From an uncultured Candidatus Saccharibacteria bacterium (GTDB taxonomy: Bacteria > Patescibacteriota > Minisyncoccia > Phycocordibacterales > UBA5272): a stretch of 64,000 nucleotides of DNA. Below are positions 56,493-64,000 of the stretch, one piece after another; the stretch's first letter is position 1, and the number at the start of each line of letters is the position of its first letter. The stretch covers positions 2,237 through 66,236 of the forward strand of contig CAYJED010000005.1 of assembly GCA_964369115.1 (NCBI GenBank). The letters run 5' to 3'. The notes below the pieces were generated by a model. The model was given only the letters and a program-made list of their open reading frames with translations. It did not search any database and was not told where the DNA came from. Both the position numbers and the translations under genes were made by a program.

Positions 56493-56813
56493 ATGCGGAT
56501 TCATATTTTTAAATTAAAAAAAAATACTGAATTTCTTCTAAAGCAGTGGGGAGAAGAAGTTTCTTCTGATAGTAAAGAAGAAGCGATTCAAAGTCTTTTA
56601 GAAGAAAACTGCCTTGAAGAATCATTACGAATTTTTAAAATTAACAATGATATGTATCTTGTTGGTGTAATGGTAGCCTTAGATTCAAAAGGTCTTTTTG
56701 AACCAAATCAAAAAAGATCTATAAATAAAAAACACTTTTCTATTTTAAAAGAATGCATAGAAGAAGAAATTTCTCAAGATAAAATTTACAACGTTCGTGC
56801 AGATAAAAAATGA
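56493..56813 (+). CDS. Small protein upstream of the SagB-YcaO fusion (possible leader-peptide-binding/RRE-like accessory protein; hypothetical)
   Basis: 106-aa ORF whose stop overlaps the start of the downstream enzyme (ATGA), indicating translational coupling. No catalytic motif. The sequence is not Cys/Ser/Thr-rich, so it is not itself the precursor. Confidence 0.35.
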   Translation: MRIHIFKLKKNTEFLLKQWGEEVSSDSKEEAIQSLLEENCLEESLRIFKINNDMYLVGVMVALDSKGLFEPNQKRSINKKHFSILKECIEEEISQDKIYNVRADKK

Positions 56814-59041
56814 TAGAAAAAACTCCACTTAAAGAAAAAAAACCTATAATACATTCTTTTGGTAAATATGAGAGCGGTTTTTTTTCTTTTGTAAATTACT
56901 GGGGAGAGATCTCTTTTGAGGTAGATGAGATGATAGCAGAAAAAATAAACAGTATTTGCTTTAAATGTACCGGAACTAACTCTGTAGCAGAAATAATTAA
57001 ATCTTTTAACAAAGATGAAGAGGTGGAGTTGCTAGAGATCTTCGAGTTATTATTTGATAATAAGGTGATTTTTGATTCAAGAGAGTTTTATAAAATTTTT
57101 CATGAAGCATCAGAGTCTCCTTCTCGCTATACTTACAGTTTTTCTGACGATGAGATTAATTCTTTTAAAGCAAAATGCAGAAGTATAGTTCATCCAGAAG
57201 GGGAACTTATTTCTTTGAGAACTGTTTCAAATACTTTATTTACTGATCTTGTCTTAAATAGAAAATCTATTAGAAATTTTTCTGGAGCATCTATAACTGA
57301 TCAAGAGTTATCTGACCTTCTGATCTTATCATATTCAACAAATAGGCATAAGTCGACGCCGTCCGGTGGAGGGTTCTATCCTTTGCGTGTATATTTTTTG
57401 CTTCGTCTTAAAACTGAATCTTTAAGCCCGGGTCTGTATTTTTATAACCACGAAAAATCTTGTATCGTTAAAGTTTCAGAGCTTCCTCTTTTAAAAGATG
57501 AGTATTTTGAAGTTGTTTTAGGGGCACCTATGTATAACAGCAGTTCTGTAGTTATTTTTGTAGGATGTGATTTTAATTTAGTTACTAAAAAATATGCAAA
57601 TAGAGCATATAGGATGGCTCTTCTTGAAGCTGGTCATCTATGTCAAAATGTTTATCTATGCACTTCAAAAACTGAACTTGGTGTGGTTGAATACGGCGGG
57701 TGGAACGATGAAGTTCTCGAGTTTTTGCTAGATATAAAAGATAAAAATATTTTAATTCTTTCTACTTTATTTATCGGACATAAACAAGAAAATAGCTCTT
57801 CTGAGAACAAAACATTTGAAGATATTGAAGAAAAGCTAAGATCTAGTATTTGTCTTAAAGATTCTGGTATTGTTCGTTTTTTTGAGACGGAGTTATTTCA
57901 TTTTAATAATTACATTATGCCTGGATACGCCTCAGTTGCGAGATATGTTAGAGATAGAGATTTAGATAAAAGAAATCCAAAACTTTACTCAGCATTTGGT
58001 TTTGCTAAAACAATATCTGAATCAAGAGTTAAGGCTATTGCAGAAGCTTTCGAGAGATATGTCTCTGGCAGATATAGAGTCGATGAAATTGTTATACCAA
58101 ATAATGCTAAAGAAAAGTTTTTTAATATACTTGAAAATACACATCAAGATATTTTGTATATGAAAGAAAATAATTTATCAATTATTGACTATACAAAAAA
58201 ATGTTCTGTAGTATGGGCTTCGTACCTCCTTGATTCCAATAAAAATGATTATTGCTATGTTCCTGTCGATCATGTTTTTTATCCTATAAGTAAAAAAGAT
58301 GTTTTGCATGATATTTCTTTCCATTCTAATTCTACAGGGGTTGCAGCTCATACCCACTATGAAACAGCAGTTAAAAAAGCATTATTTGAATTAGTGGAAA
58401 GAGATGCTGTTGCGGTCATGTGGTTTTCTAAGATCTCACCAAAAAAAATAGATACCAAATCACTTCCTGAGGATCTTTTTCTTAGGGTTGAGGCTCTTCA
58501 AAAAATCGGCAGGGAGGTTGTTTTTTTTGACATAACAACAGACTCAGTTCCTGTTATTTTATGTTTATGTTATGGTGATTTTTTTCCTATGACAACCTCA
58601 GGGTGTTCTGCTCAAGAGGATCCTGTGGAGGCATGTAGAAAAGCTTTAGATGAAGCAGAATTTATTTTCAACTCCTGGAAAAGAGTTAAAAGAGAAAAGA
58701 AGGAATATTTTGAAGTTAAGTCAGCGACTGATCATGGTGATCTTTTTGCGTGGACAAACCTTAAAGAAGACCATAATTTAAAATGGCTTTTAGAAGGTCG
58801 TGTTATATCTATGCCTGCTGCCAAACAGGATGTTTATTCTAGTTTATTAAAAACACATAACCCCGTAGTTGTTCTCCTTTCCATGAAACATGAACCTCTT
58901 TTTGTTGTAAGAGTTTTGTCTAAAACATTGTATCCTTTTACTTTTGGATACGGTTCTGAGTTTTATGGACACCAAAGATTGAAGATGTTAGGATTAAAGT
59001 GGGGTCAGAATTACCCGTCTTTTCCCCATTTAATTGCATAA
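56810..59041 (+). CDS. Fused SagB-type (nitroreductase-fold, FMN-dependent) dehydrogenase / YcaO-domain cyclodehydratase, a TOMM/LAP-type azol(in)e-forming RiPP enzyme
   Basis: The N-terminal half has NRKSIRNF and TPSGGGFYPLRVY (SagB/McbC-type motifs RxSxRxF and PSAGxxYP). The C-terminal half has the YcaO motifs FGFAKTISESRVKAIAEAFERYVSG and SNSTGVAAHTHYETAVKKALFELVERDAV (ATP/Mg-binding ExxER...ERD). Confidence 0.7.
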   Translation: MIEKTPLKEKKPIIHSFGKYESGFFSFVNYWGEISFEVDEMIAEKINSICFKCTGTNSVAEIIKSFNKDEEVELLEIFELLFDNKVIFDSREFYKIFHEASESPSRYTYSFSDDEINSFKAKCRSIVHPEGELISLRTVSNTLFTDLVLNRKSIRNFSGASITDQELSDLLILSYSTNRHKSTPSGGGFYPLRVYFLLRLKTESLSPGLYFYNHEKSCIVKVSELPLLKDEYFEVVLGAPMYNSSSVVIFVGCDFNLVTKKYANRAYRMALLEAGHLCQNVYLCTSKTELGVVEYGGWNDEVLEFLLDIKDKNILILSTLFIGHKQENSSSENKTFEDIEEKLRSSICLKDSGIVRFFETELFHFNNYIMPGYASVARYVRDRDLDKRNPKLYSAFGFAKTISESRVKAIAEAFERYVSGRYRVDEIVIPNNAKEKFFNILENTHQDILYMKENNLSIIDYTKKCSVVWASYLLDSNKNDYCYVPVDHVFYPISKKDVLHDISFHSNSTGVAAHTHYETAVKKALFELVERDAVAVMWFSKISPKKIDTKSLPEDLFLRVEALQKIGREVVFFDITTDSVPVILCLCYGDFFPMTTSGCSAQEDPVEACRKALDEAEFIFNSWKRVKREKKEYFEVKSATDHGDLFAWTNLKEDHNLKWLLEGRVISMPAAKQDVYSSLLKTHNPVVVLLSMKHEPLFVVRVLSKTLYPFTFGYGSEFYGHQRLKMLGLKWGQNYPSFPHLIA

Positions 59042-59046
59042 AACAA

Positions 59047-59145
59047 ATGAGTACTTTAAAGCTTAAAGTTACATCAAAAAGTCACAAGCAAGTTGTAAGC
59101 TCAGCTAGTCTGTGCTTAACATCTACAAGTTCTTGTGACGATTAG
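59047..59145 (+). CDS. Candidate RiPP precursor peptide (32 aa) with Cys/Ser/Thr-rich core
   Basis: MSTLKLKVTSKSHKQVVSSASLCLTSTSSCDD. It starts 6 nt after the enzyme stop and is followed by an AT-rich hairpin (59166-59202). It is not in the ORF track because it is shorter than 60 aa. Confidence 0.45.
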   Translation: MSTLKLKVTSKSHKQVVSSASLCLTSTSSCDD

Positions 59146-59375
59146 TTTTTTGTTTTGATTTCATACTAAAAATACTTTATGTTTATCATAAAGTATTTTT
59201 AGTTATGTGTTTATTTTTTCTTAGTTTTAATTACTTTGAATTACGAAATACCAAAACTCCCCAAAACCAGTCTCACTTACAAAAGACCATCTACTTACAG
59301 AGCTGGTCTTCCTTAGCTTACTCTAAGTAGAGCTTTATGCACAGAAAAGATACACAGGGGAAATAAGACTATAGT

Positions 59376-59408
59376 ATAAAAAAAGACTGTGTATTTCTAC
59401 ACAGTCCT
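59376..59408 (-). terminator. Terminator downstream of the GC-rich lipoprotein gene
   Basis: gactgtgta-tttc-tacacagtc preceded on plus by an A-run. Confidence 0.4.
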
Positions 59409-59425
59409 TATGGAATAGTGAGGTG

Positions 59426-60472
59426 TTACCGATTGGTAAACACCATCACGAGCACAATCAGTTCGAATTTTTCGGCATTCCCGGTATAGAGCACAGACTC
59501 AACACCAGTAGTAGAAAGCATGCGAAGCACGTGACGGCTAAACCTGTCCACGTATACGTAGTCGCCATTTGTCGTTTGGGCTGAGGTGTACCATGTCGGC
59601 TTATCAGGAGGCACGCGAAGATATCCGTCCTGAAGCAGGACGTAGGTCACGCCAGCTGGTGCTTCTGGGAGATCCTTCAGTTCCATGGTCATCGGGTCAA
59701 GGAAAATGTCATTGTAGCGGATTTTCCCTTCACCGGTTGGGGCTGCACAGGAGTGTGGAATGGTGCCGTCAGGCTGTGGCTGCGTCGCGGGAGCGCAGCT
59801 CGCCACTGTAGCATATTTTGTCTTGTTCTTGGCCAACACCTTGGTACCATCAGGCATGATCTTCGCAGGGAATCCGTTGTCGGTCGGATTATACGTCAAG
59901 ATGAGGTCAGTGTAGACGATTTTTTCTTGAGCCTTCGTCGTGAACGTGAGCGTTGCACTCACGGCGGCAGAAGTCCCTCCCGGGCCACTGCCTTGCACGT
60001 TCGTGGTCGACACTTGGCAGACGGTCGAGAACGGCATGGTGCCGGTGATCGTCACTGCAAAACGTGCGGTCGAGTTGGCGGTGTCAAGCGTCATGATCGT
60101 CGTGCTTGCGACGTCCGCACCTCCGCAGGTGGTGCGGAAAGTACCCGTTGCCGAGTCCATCTGACCACCACCGTTACGGAAGTTGAGGTGTGCGGCGAAG
60201 TTCGTGACGTCCACACCGGTTGCACCGTTATCGGGTGCGGTCGATGCGAGCGTCAGGCTCGGAGGGGCGGGTGGCGGGTTCACGCAGACGCCATTCTGAA
60301 GCACCTGAGGTGCCACGCAAGTGGGCGGAGTGGTGGAGCCACCACCACCACCCCCGCCACCACAGGCGACCAAGCTGGCGATGAGGCCAAGCATCACCAC
60401 ACAGGTGATGACGAAGCGCGCGAAGCGCGCCTTCTCGTCTCCACCAAAGGTGAAGATTTTCATGTTGTTCAT
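59426..60472 (-). CDS. Lipoprotein of unknown function on a high-GC (~60%) island (probable horizontal acquisition)
   Basis: Start likely MNNMKIF, preceded by aaaGGAAGcaccATG. Signal peptide with lipobox LVAC followed by a GGGGGGGGSTTPP linker. The GC shift is abrupt at both ends (~59430 and ~60480). A terminator lies at 59376-59408. Confidence 0.5.
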   Translation of the reverse strand: MNNMKIFTFGGDEKARFARFVITCVVMLGLIASLVACGGGGGGGGSTTPPTCVAPQVLQNGVCVNPPPAPPSLTLASTAPDNGATGVDVTNFAAHLNFRNGGGQMDSATGTFRTTCGGADVASTTIMTLDTANSTARFAVTITGTMPFSTVCQVSTTNVQGSGPGGTSAAVSATLTFTTKAQEKIVYTDLILTYNPTDNGFPAKIMPDGTKVLAKNKTKYATVASCAPATQPQPDGTIPHSCAAPTGEGKIRYNDIFLDPMTMELKDLPEAPAGVTYVLLQDGYLRVPPDKPTWYTSAQTTNGDYVYVDRFSRHVLRMLSTTGVESVLYTGNAEKFELIVLVMVFTNR

Positions 60473-60710
60473 GGTGCTTCCTTTCTGCCCGAAGGCAAAG
60501 ACACACAAAAGGTTTTCAAACCTTCTGTTTGGCGTGTTCAAAAATACAAAGAAATGAGCCTTTTTCATATCTGCTTTAGTCTAGTATTGCATAGACTTCG
60601 GCAGGTATGATAAGTATCTCTCCACATATTACACTACACCTATTTTAAAAACTTGTCAAGTATCCGCAATGTTAACAATTTTTTGTGTACATACAAGCAG
60701 AGAACATTTT

Positions 60711-62396
60711 TTATAGTTCACTACTATCTTTTACCACCTGAACACGTCGTGTTTCTTTGGTGATCCCATCACAGGTAAGAGTAAATTCCATTGAATGTTC
60801 AACATTGAACGTCTTTTTCCCAAGTGCTCGCCATAGCGGTTCTTCATACCCTGGTGCAAAGTACTTAAGCGCATCTTGAATAGGGCGAGTAGTATTTGGA
60901 TCGTTTATATCAGTTGAACTTGAAGTTAAAATAGTATTTACATCGTCCTCAAAAGATGTCTGATCAGGTGTACAGATGTTATTAGTGCAAACTGCTTTTG
61001 CTGTTATTTGACAATCCTCGGTAGGATATTCAATGTCCCACGAAACAACAGTATCTTCATCTTTAGTAACACTTTTCGGATAGACACTTAGGGTTATGGT
61101 AGGTGGTGGTGGAGGTGGCAAATCATAGCGCACAGTGAAAGGCACAGGGTTTCTATATGATCCGTTTCGAGCATAAATGACGAAGTTTGCTGTCTGATTA
61201 ATTTCTACATTTGTGACACCAGAGTACGTACCTGTTGCTACAAGATTTCCTGATGGTAGAGGTGAGGTATAGATTTCATAAGCATCGGATCCTGTTAATT
61301 CAAACGTAATAACTCCTGGTGCTAAATACCAGTTACCTGATGAATATCCGTAACTTATTTGAGGGTTGACACACGTTGATGAGATGGTGTCCCATCCACC
61401 TGAAGAACATGAAGTAGTTACCGTAACTGGACCTGAAAGAAGTTGTCCTGCGTCATAGAGGTACATATCTGTAGCAGGAAATTCTCCAGTTAGAGTAAAA
61501 TTTTGTGCGGTACCAAAATATCCCGTAAACACAGTTGTGTTATCTGGATTATTACGGGTAACTGCTGGTGTGCCTATAGGGTAGCCTGTAGACCATGTGG
61601 CGCTGTACTGACAAGAGCTTTCTCCAACAGGGATAACACAGCTAAGTGGTGTAACATCAAGTGTACCAATTGCTGTACGTACCATAAATCCTTGCCAGAA
61701 ACTGCAGTTATTGTCTTCTGCTGTAGATGATGGCTTTTCAGTAATGAGACCAAGATCACCTGAAGATGATTTGTCTGCACAGGTTCGTACGCTATAAAAC
61801 CCATTTTCAGAAAAAAGGTGGGTGTAGGTGACGACCCTCGCGCCTGTTGCTGAAAGTGAGGCAGTGGACGTTGCTGGCATATCTGTAATCACAGCATCTT
61901 TTTCTATTTGAAAAAAAACATTAAAAGATGAGCCGGTTGTATCTGTGCCTATATTTCGTATAACACTTTCAAAAGTTGTCGGTATACCAGTACGAAGACT
62001 GCCAGAAAACTGATCATCTGTTGTAACGGAGTCTGCTGTGAGATCGGGGTCACGTGTTACGGTGATGGAAGCAAATAGAGGAAATGTAACATTACCTGAC
62101 TTATCTCCATTCTCATAACAAGTGAGACGGTATGTAACGGTGCCTGAATCTAGTTCGCTAAGATTTGTAAACGAAGAGGGAGGGATAAATTCTGCCCAAC
62201 TGTTTGTCCAATCACCTGTTGTTTCTTGTTTGTCGATAACACAGATACCGTACCCTGTATCATCTACGGTAACGTTATAGGTTTCTCCTAGTGTTACTGA
62301 TGATGTTGATGTAGTTATTCCTGCAAACGAAGTAGCACCGTTAGATAATAATAAAAACAGAGAAACTAAAACTATTTTTTTAGAAAAAGTATACAT
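60711..62396 (-). CDS. Secreted surface protein, paralogous to the giant protein (shared internal module and conserved C-terminal domain)
   Basis: Signal peptide MYTFSKKIVLVSLFLLLSNGATSFA. LDVTPLSCVIPVGESSCQYSATWSTGYPIGT is close to the giant protein's LSVAPLSCSIATGDSTCQVRATWSTQDPIGT. The C-terminal ~130 aa (VVSWDIEYPTEDCQITAKAVCTNNICTPDQ...FAPGYEEPLWRALGKKT...EFTLTCDGITKETRRVQV) align with the giant protein's C-terminus. Confidence 0.6.
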   Translation of the reverse strand: MYTFSKKIVLVSLFLLLSNGATSFAGITTSTSSVTLGETYNVTVDDTGYGICVIDKQETTGDWTNSWAEFIPPSSFTNLSELDSGTVTYRLTCYENGDKSGNVTFPLFASITVTRDPDLTADSVTTDDQFSGSLRTGIPTTFESVIRNIGTDTTGSSFNVFFQIEKDAVITDMPATSTASLSATGARVVTYTHLFSENGFYSVRTCADKSSSGDLGLITEKPSSTAEDNNCSFWQGFMVRTAIGTLDVTPLSCVIPVGESSCQYSATWSTGYPIGTPAVTRNNPDNTTVFTGYFGTAQNFTLTGEFPATDMYLYDAGQLLSGPVTVTTSCSSGGWDTISSTCVNPQISYGYSSGNWYLAPGVITFELTGSDAYEIYTSPLPSGNLVATGTYSGVTNVEINQTANFVIYARNGSYRNPVPFTVRYDLPPPPPPTITLSVYPKSVTKDEDTVVSWDIEYPTEDCQITAKAVCTNNICTPDQTSFEDDVNTILTSSSTDINDPNTTRPIQDALKYFAPGYEEPLWRALGKKTFNVEHSMEFTLTCDGITKETRRVQVVKDSSEL

Positions 62397-62504
62397 ATAC
62401 TGTATGTATATTTAGTATATTCACAATAGGTACACAAAAGAAGTGACTTATACCCACTCAATGCATTGTAGTAAAAATAAAGTAACACCCATTTCCTTCA
62501 CTTT

Positions 62505-63854
62505 TTGAAATATGATAGAATCAGCCCATTACTTTATATGAAGCAGAAAATTAAAGCATTTTGGATACTTATCCTTGTGGCTGTATTTGCAGTATGGCTT
62601 GCAAAAGGGGACACATTATTTAATGGAGAATTTAAAAAAGACTTCGTACTTGGTCTTGATCTTGCTGGTGGAGCCTCACTTGTATACACAATTGATACAA
62701 ATGCTCTTCCTGAAGGAATAGATATTAACGAAAGTGTTAACGCACTTCGTGATGTCATTGAGCGTCGTGTGAATCTCTTTGGAGTTCGTGAGCCGACAGT
62801 GACAACTTCATTTAGTCGCCTTGCTTCGGAGTGGCGTCTCAATGTAGATCTTCCTGGTGTGGTAGACGTTGAAGAGGCTGCAAAGCTTATTGGAGAAACT
62901 CCAGTGCTTGAATTTCGTACGCTTAAGAAAGATGCAAAAGAGCTTACTGCATCTTCAACTTTATACGATTTAATCGGTAACTTCGAATCTACAGCACTCA
63001 CCGGTACCTATCTTAAAAAGTCCCAGCTTATGTTTGATCAGACGACTAAGCGTCCAATGGTGGAGCTTACTTTTGATGAAACAGGGGCACAACTTTTTGC
63101 TGCTATCACAAAAGCAAATATTGGAAAACAGGTGGCAATCTTTTTAGATGGTGTACCTATTTCTTCTCCTGTGGTAAATGAAGAAATTACTCTTGGAAAA
63201 GCAGTGATTTCTGGAAGTTTTAGTGTAGAAGAAGCGCGTCAGATGGTGGGGCGTCTTAACTCTGGAGCTCTTCCTGTGCCAATTTCTCTTTCTGGTAAAA
63301 GTCTTGTAGAAGCTTCTCTTGGAGAGAAAGCTATTGAAGCAGGAAAGAAAGCTGCAGCTATTGGATTCCTCCTTGTGATTCTCTTTATGATTGTGTGGTA
63401 TCGTCTTCCTGGAATTATGGCATCCCTTGCTCTTGTTGCGTATTCAGTGATTATGCTTACACTCTTTAAGCTTATCCCTGTAACCATTACTTCTGCTGGA
63501 CTTGCGGGGCTTATTATTTCGCTTGGACTCGCTGTTGATGCAAACGTGCTTACATTTGAGCGCATGAAAGAAGAGCTTGCTAAAGGTAAATCGCTTCGTG
63601 AAGCTATGGAGACAGGATTTCTTCGTGCGTGGACGTCTATTCGTGACTCTCATATCGCAGCAATCATTGTTTCTGTTATTCTCTTTTGGTTTGGAACATC
63701 TATTGTAAAAGGATTTGCATTTGCGTTCTTCCTTGGTGCTGTAGTGTCTCTTATTTCTGCTCAACTCATTACTCGTGCGTTCCTTCGTGCTATTGTTGCT
63801 GAAAAAATAGGGAAAGTTGGTCGCTTCCTTTTTGGGTCAGGTTTTAGGAAATAG
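62505..63854 (+). CDS. secD: Protein translocase subunit SecD
   Basis: N-terminal TM, a periplasmic domain (LGLDLAGGASLVY) and a C-terminal 5-TM bundle. secF follows. Confidence 0.8.
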   Translation: MKYDRISPLLYMKQKIKAFWILILVAVFAVWLAKGDTLFNGEFKKDFVLGLDLAGGASLVYTIDTNALPEGIDINESVNALRDVIERRVNLFGVREPTVTTSFSRLASEWRLNVDLPGVVDVEEAAKLIGETPVLEFRTLKKDAKELTASSTLYDLIGNFESTALTGTYLKKSQLMFDQTTKRPMVELTFDETGAQLFAAITKANIGKQVAIFLDGVPISSPVVNEEITLGKAVISGSFSVEEARQMVGRLNSGALPVPISLSGKSLVEASLGEKAIEAGKKAAAIGFLLVILFMIVWYRLPGIMASLALVAYSVIMLTLFKLIPVTITSAGLAGLIISLGLAVDANVLTFERMKEELAKGKSLREAMETGFLRAWTSIRDSHIAAIIVSVILFWFGTSIVKGFAFAFFLGAVVSLISAQLITRAFLRAIVAEKIGKVGRFLFGSGFRK

Positions 63855-63902
63855 TCGTACAGAACTAATTACCAATTACCAAAAACTAATTACTATATCA
63901 TT

Positions 63903-64000
63903 ATGTTTATCGTAAAATATAAAGCACTTTTCATTACGCTTGCCCTCATTATGGTGCTTGCAAGTGCATTTCTCGTGTCTTCATTTGGTATTAAGAAAGG
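63903..64000 (+). CDS. secF: Protein translocase subunit SecF (5' partial, runs off the window)
   Basis: MFIVKYKALFITLALIMVLASAFLVSSFGIKK is the typical SecF N-terminal TM, directly after secD. Confidence 0.55.
   Translation, partial: MFIVKYKALFITLALIMVLASAFLVSSFGIKK

Overview
This is a low-GC (roughly 37-40% by eye) bacterial fragment with hallmarks of a streamlined CPR/Parcubacteria-like genome. secE-nusG-rplK ends in a terminator with no rplA, rpsF-ssb-rpsR has no rplI, genes are small with weak or absent Shine-Dalgarno sites, and there are many membrane or surface proteins of unknown function.

Housekeeping content is dense: argS, a type-2 (eukaryote-like) ileS, metG, thyA plus a DHFR-like gene, dut, dCMP deaminase, ndk, infC-rpmI-rplT, smpB, ftsH, recG, a short recO-like gene, tatD, an AI-2E transporter, a MacAB-like ABC efflux trio and secD/secF. 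Non-coding calls are a minus-strand tmRNA (ssrA, 43315-43705) directly downstream of smpB, a T-box leader upstream of ileS, a tRNA with anticodon UAU (Ile) at 46607-46679, and an unclassified structured-RNA candidate at 35752-35895.

The most notable locus is a compact TOMM/LAP-type RiPP cluster at 56493-59145. It comprises a SagB-type (nitroreductase-fold) dehydrogenase fused to a YcaO cyclodehydratase, a 106-aa upstream protein, and an unannotated 32-aa precursor ORF whose C-terminus (SSASLCLTSTSSCDD) is rich in Cys/Ser/Thr. It sits in an accessory surface island flanked by two paralogous secreted proteins, one of them a 1921-aa protein with 684-nt tandem repeats, and by a roughly 60% GC lipoprotein gene that is probably horizontally acquired.

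Other unusual items:
- the ileS gene carries a ~195-aa inserted domain with an intact-looking histidine-phosphatase (RHG) signature
- a flavin-trafficking module pairs ApbE with a membrane-anchored FMN-binding protein and a membrane FNR-like oxidoreductase
- GC-rich islands cover thyA/folA and two small ORFs
- degenerate copies of the tmRNA 3' end and a perfect 30-bp palindrome lie just downstream of ssrA
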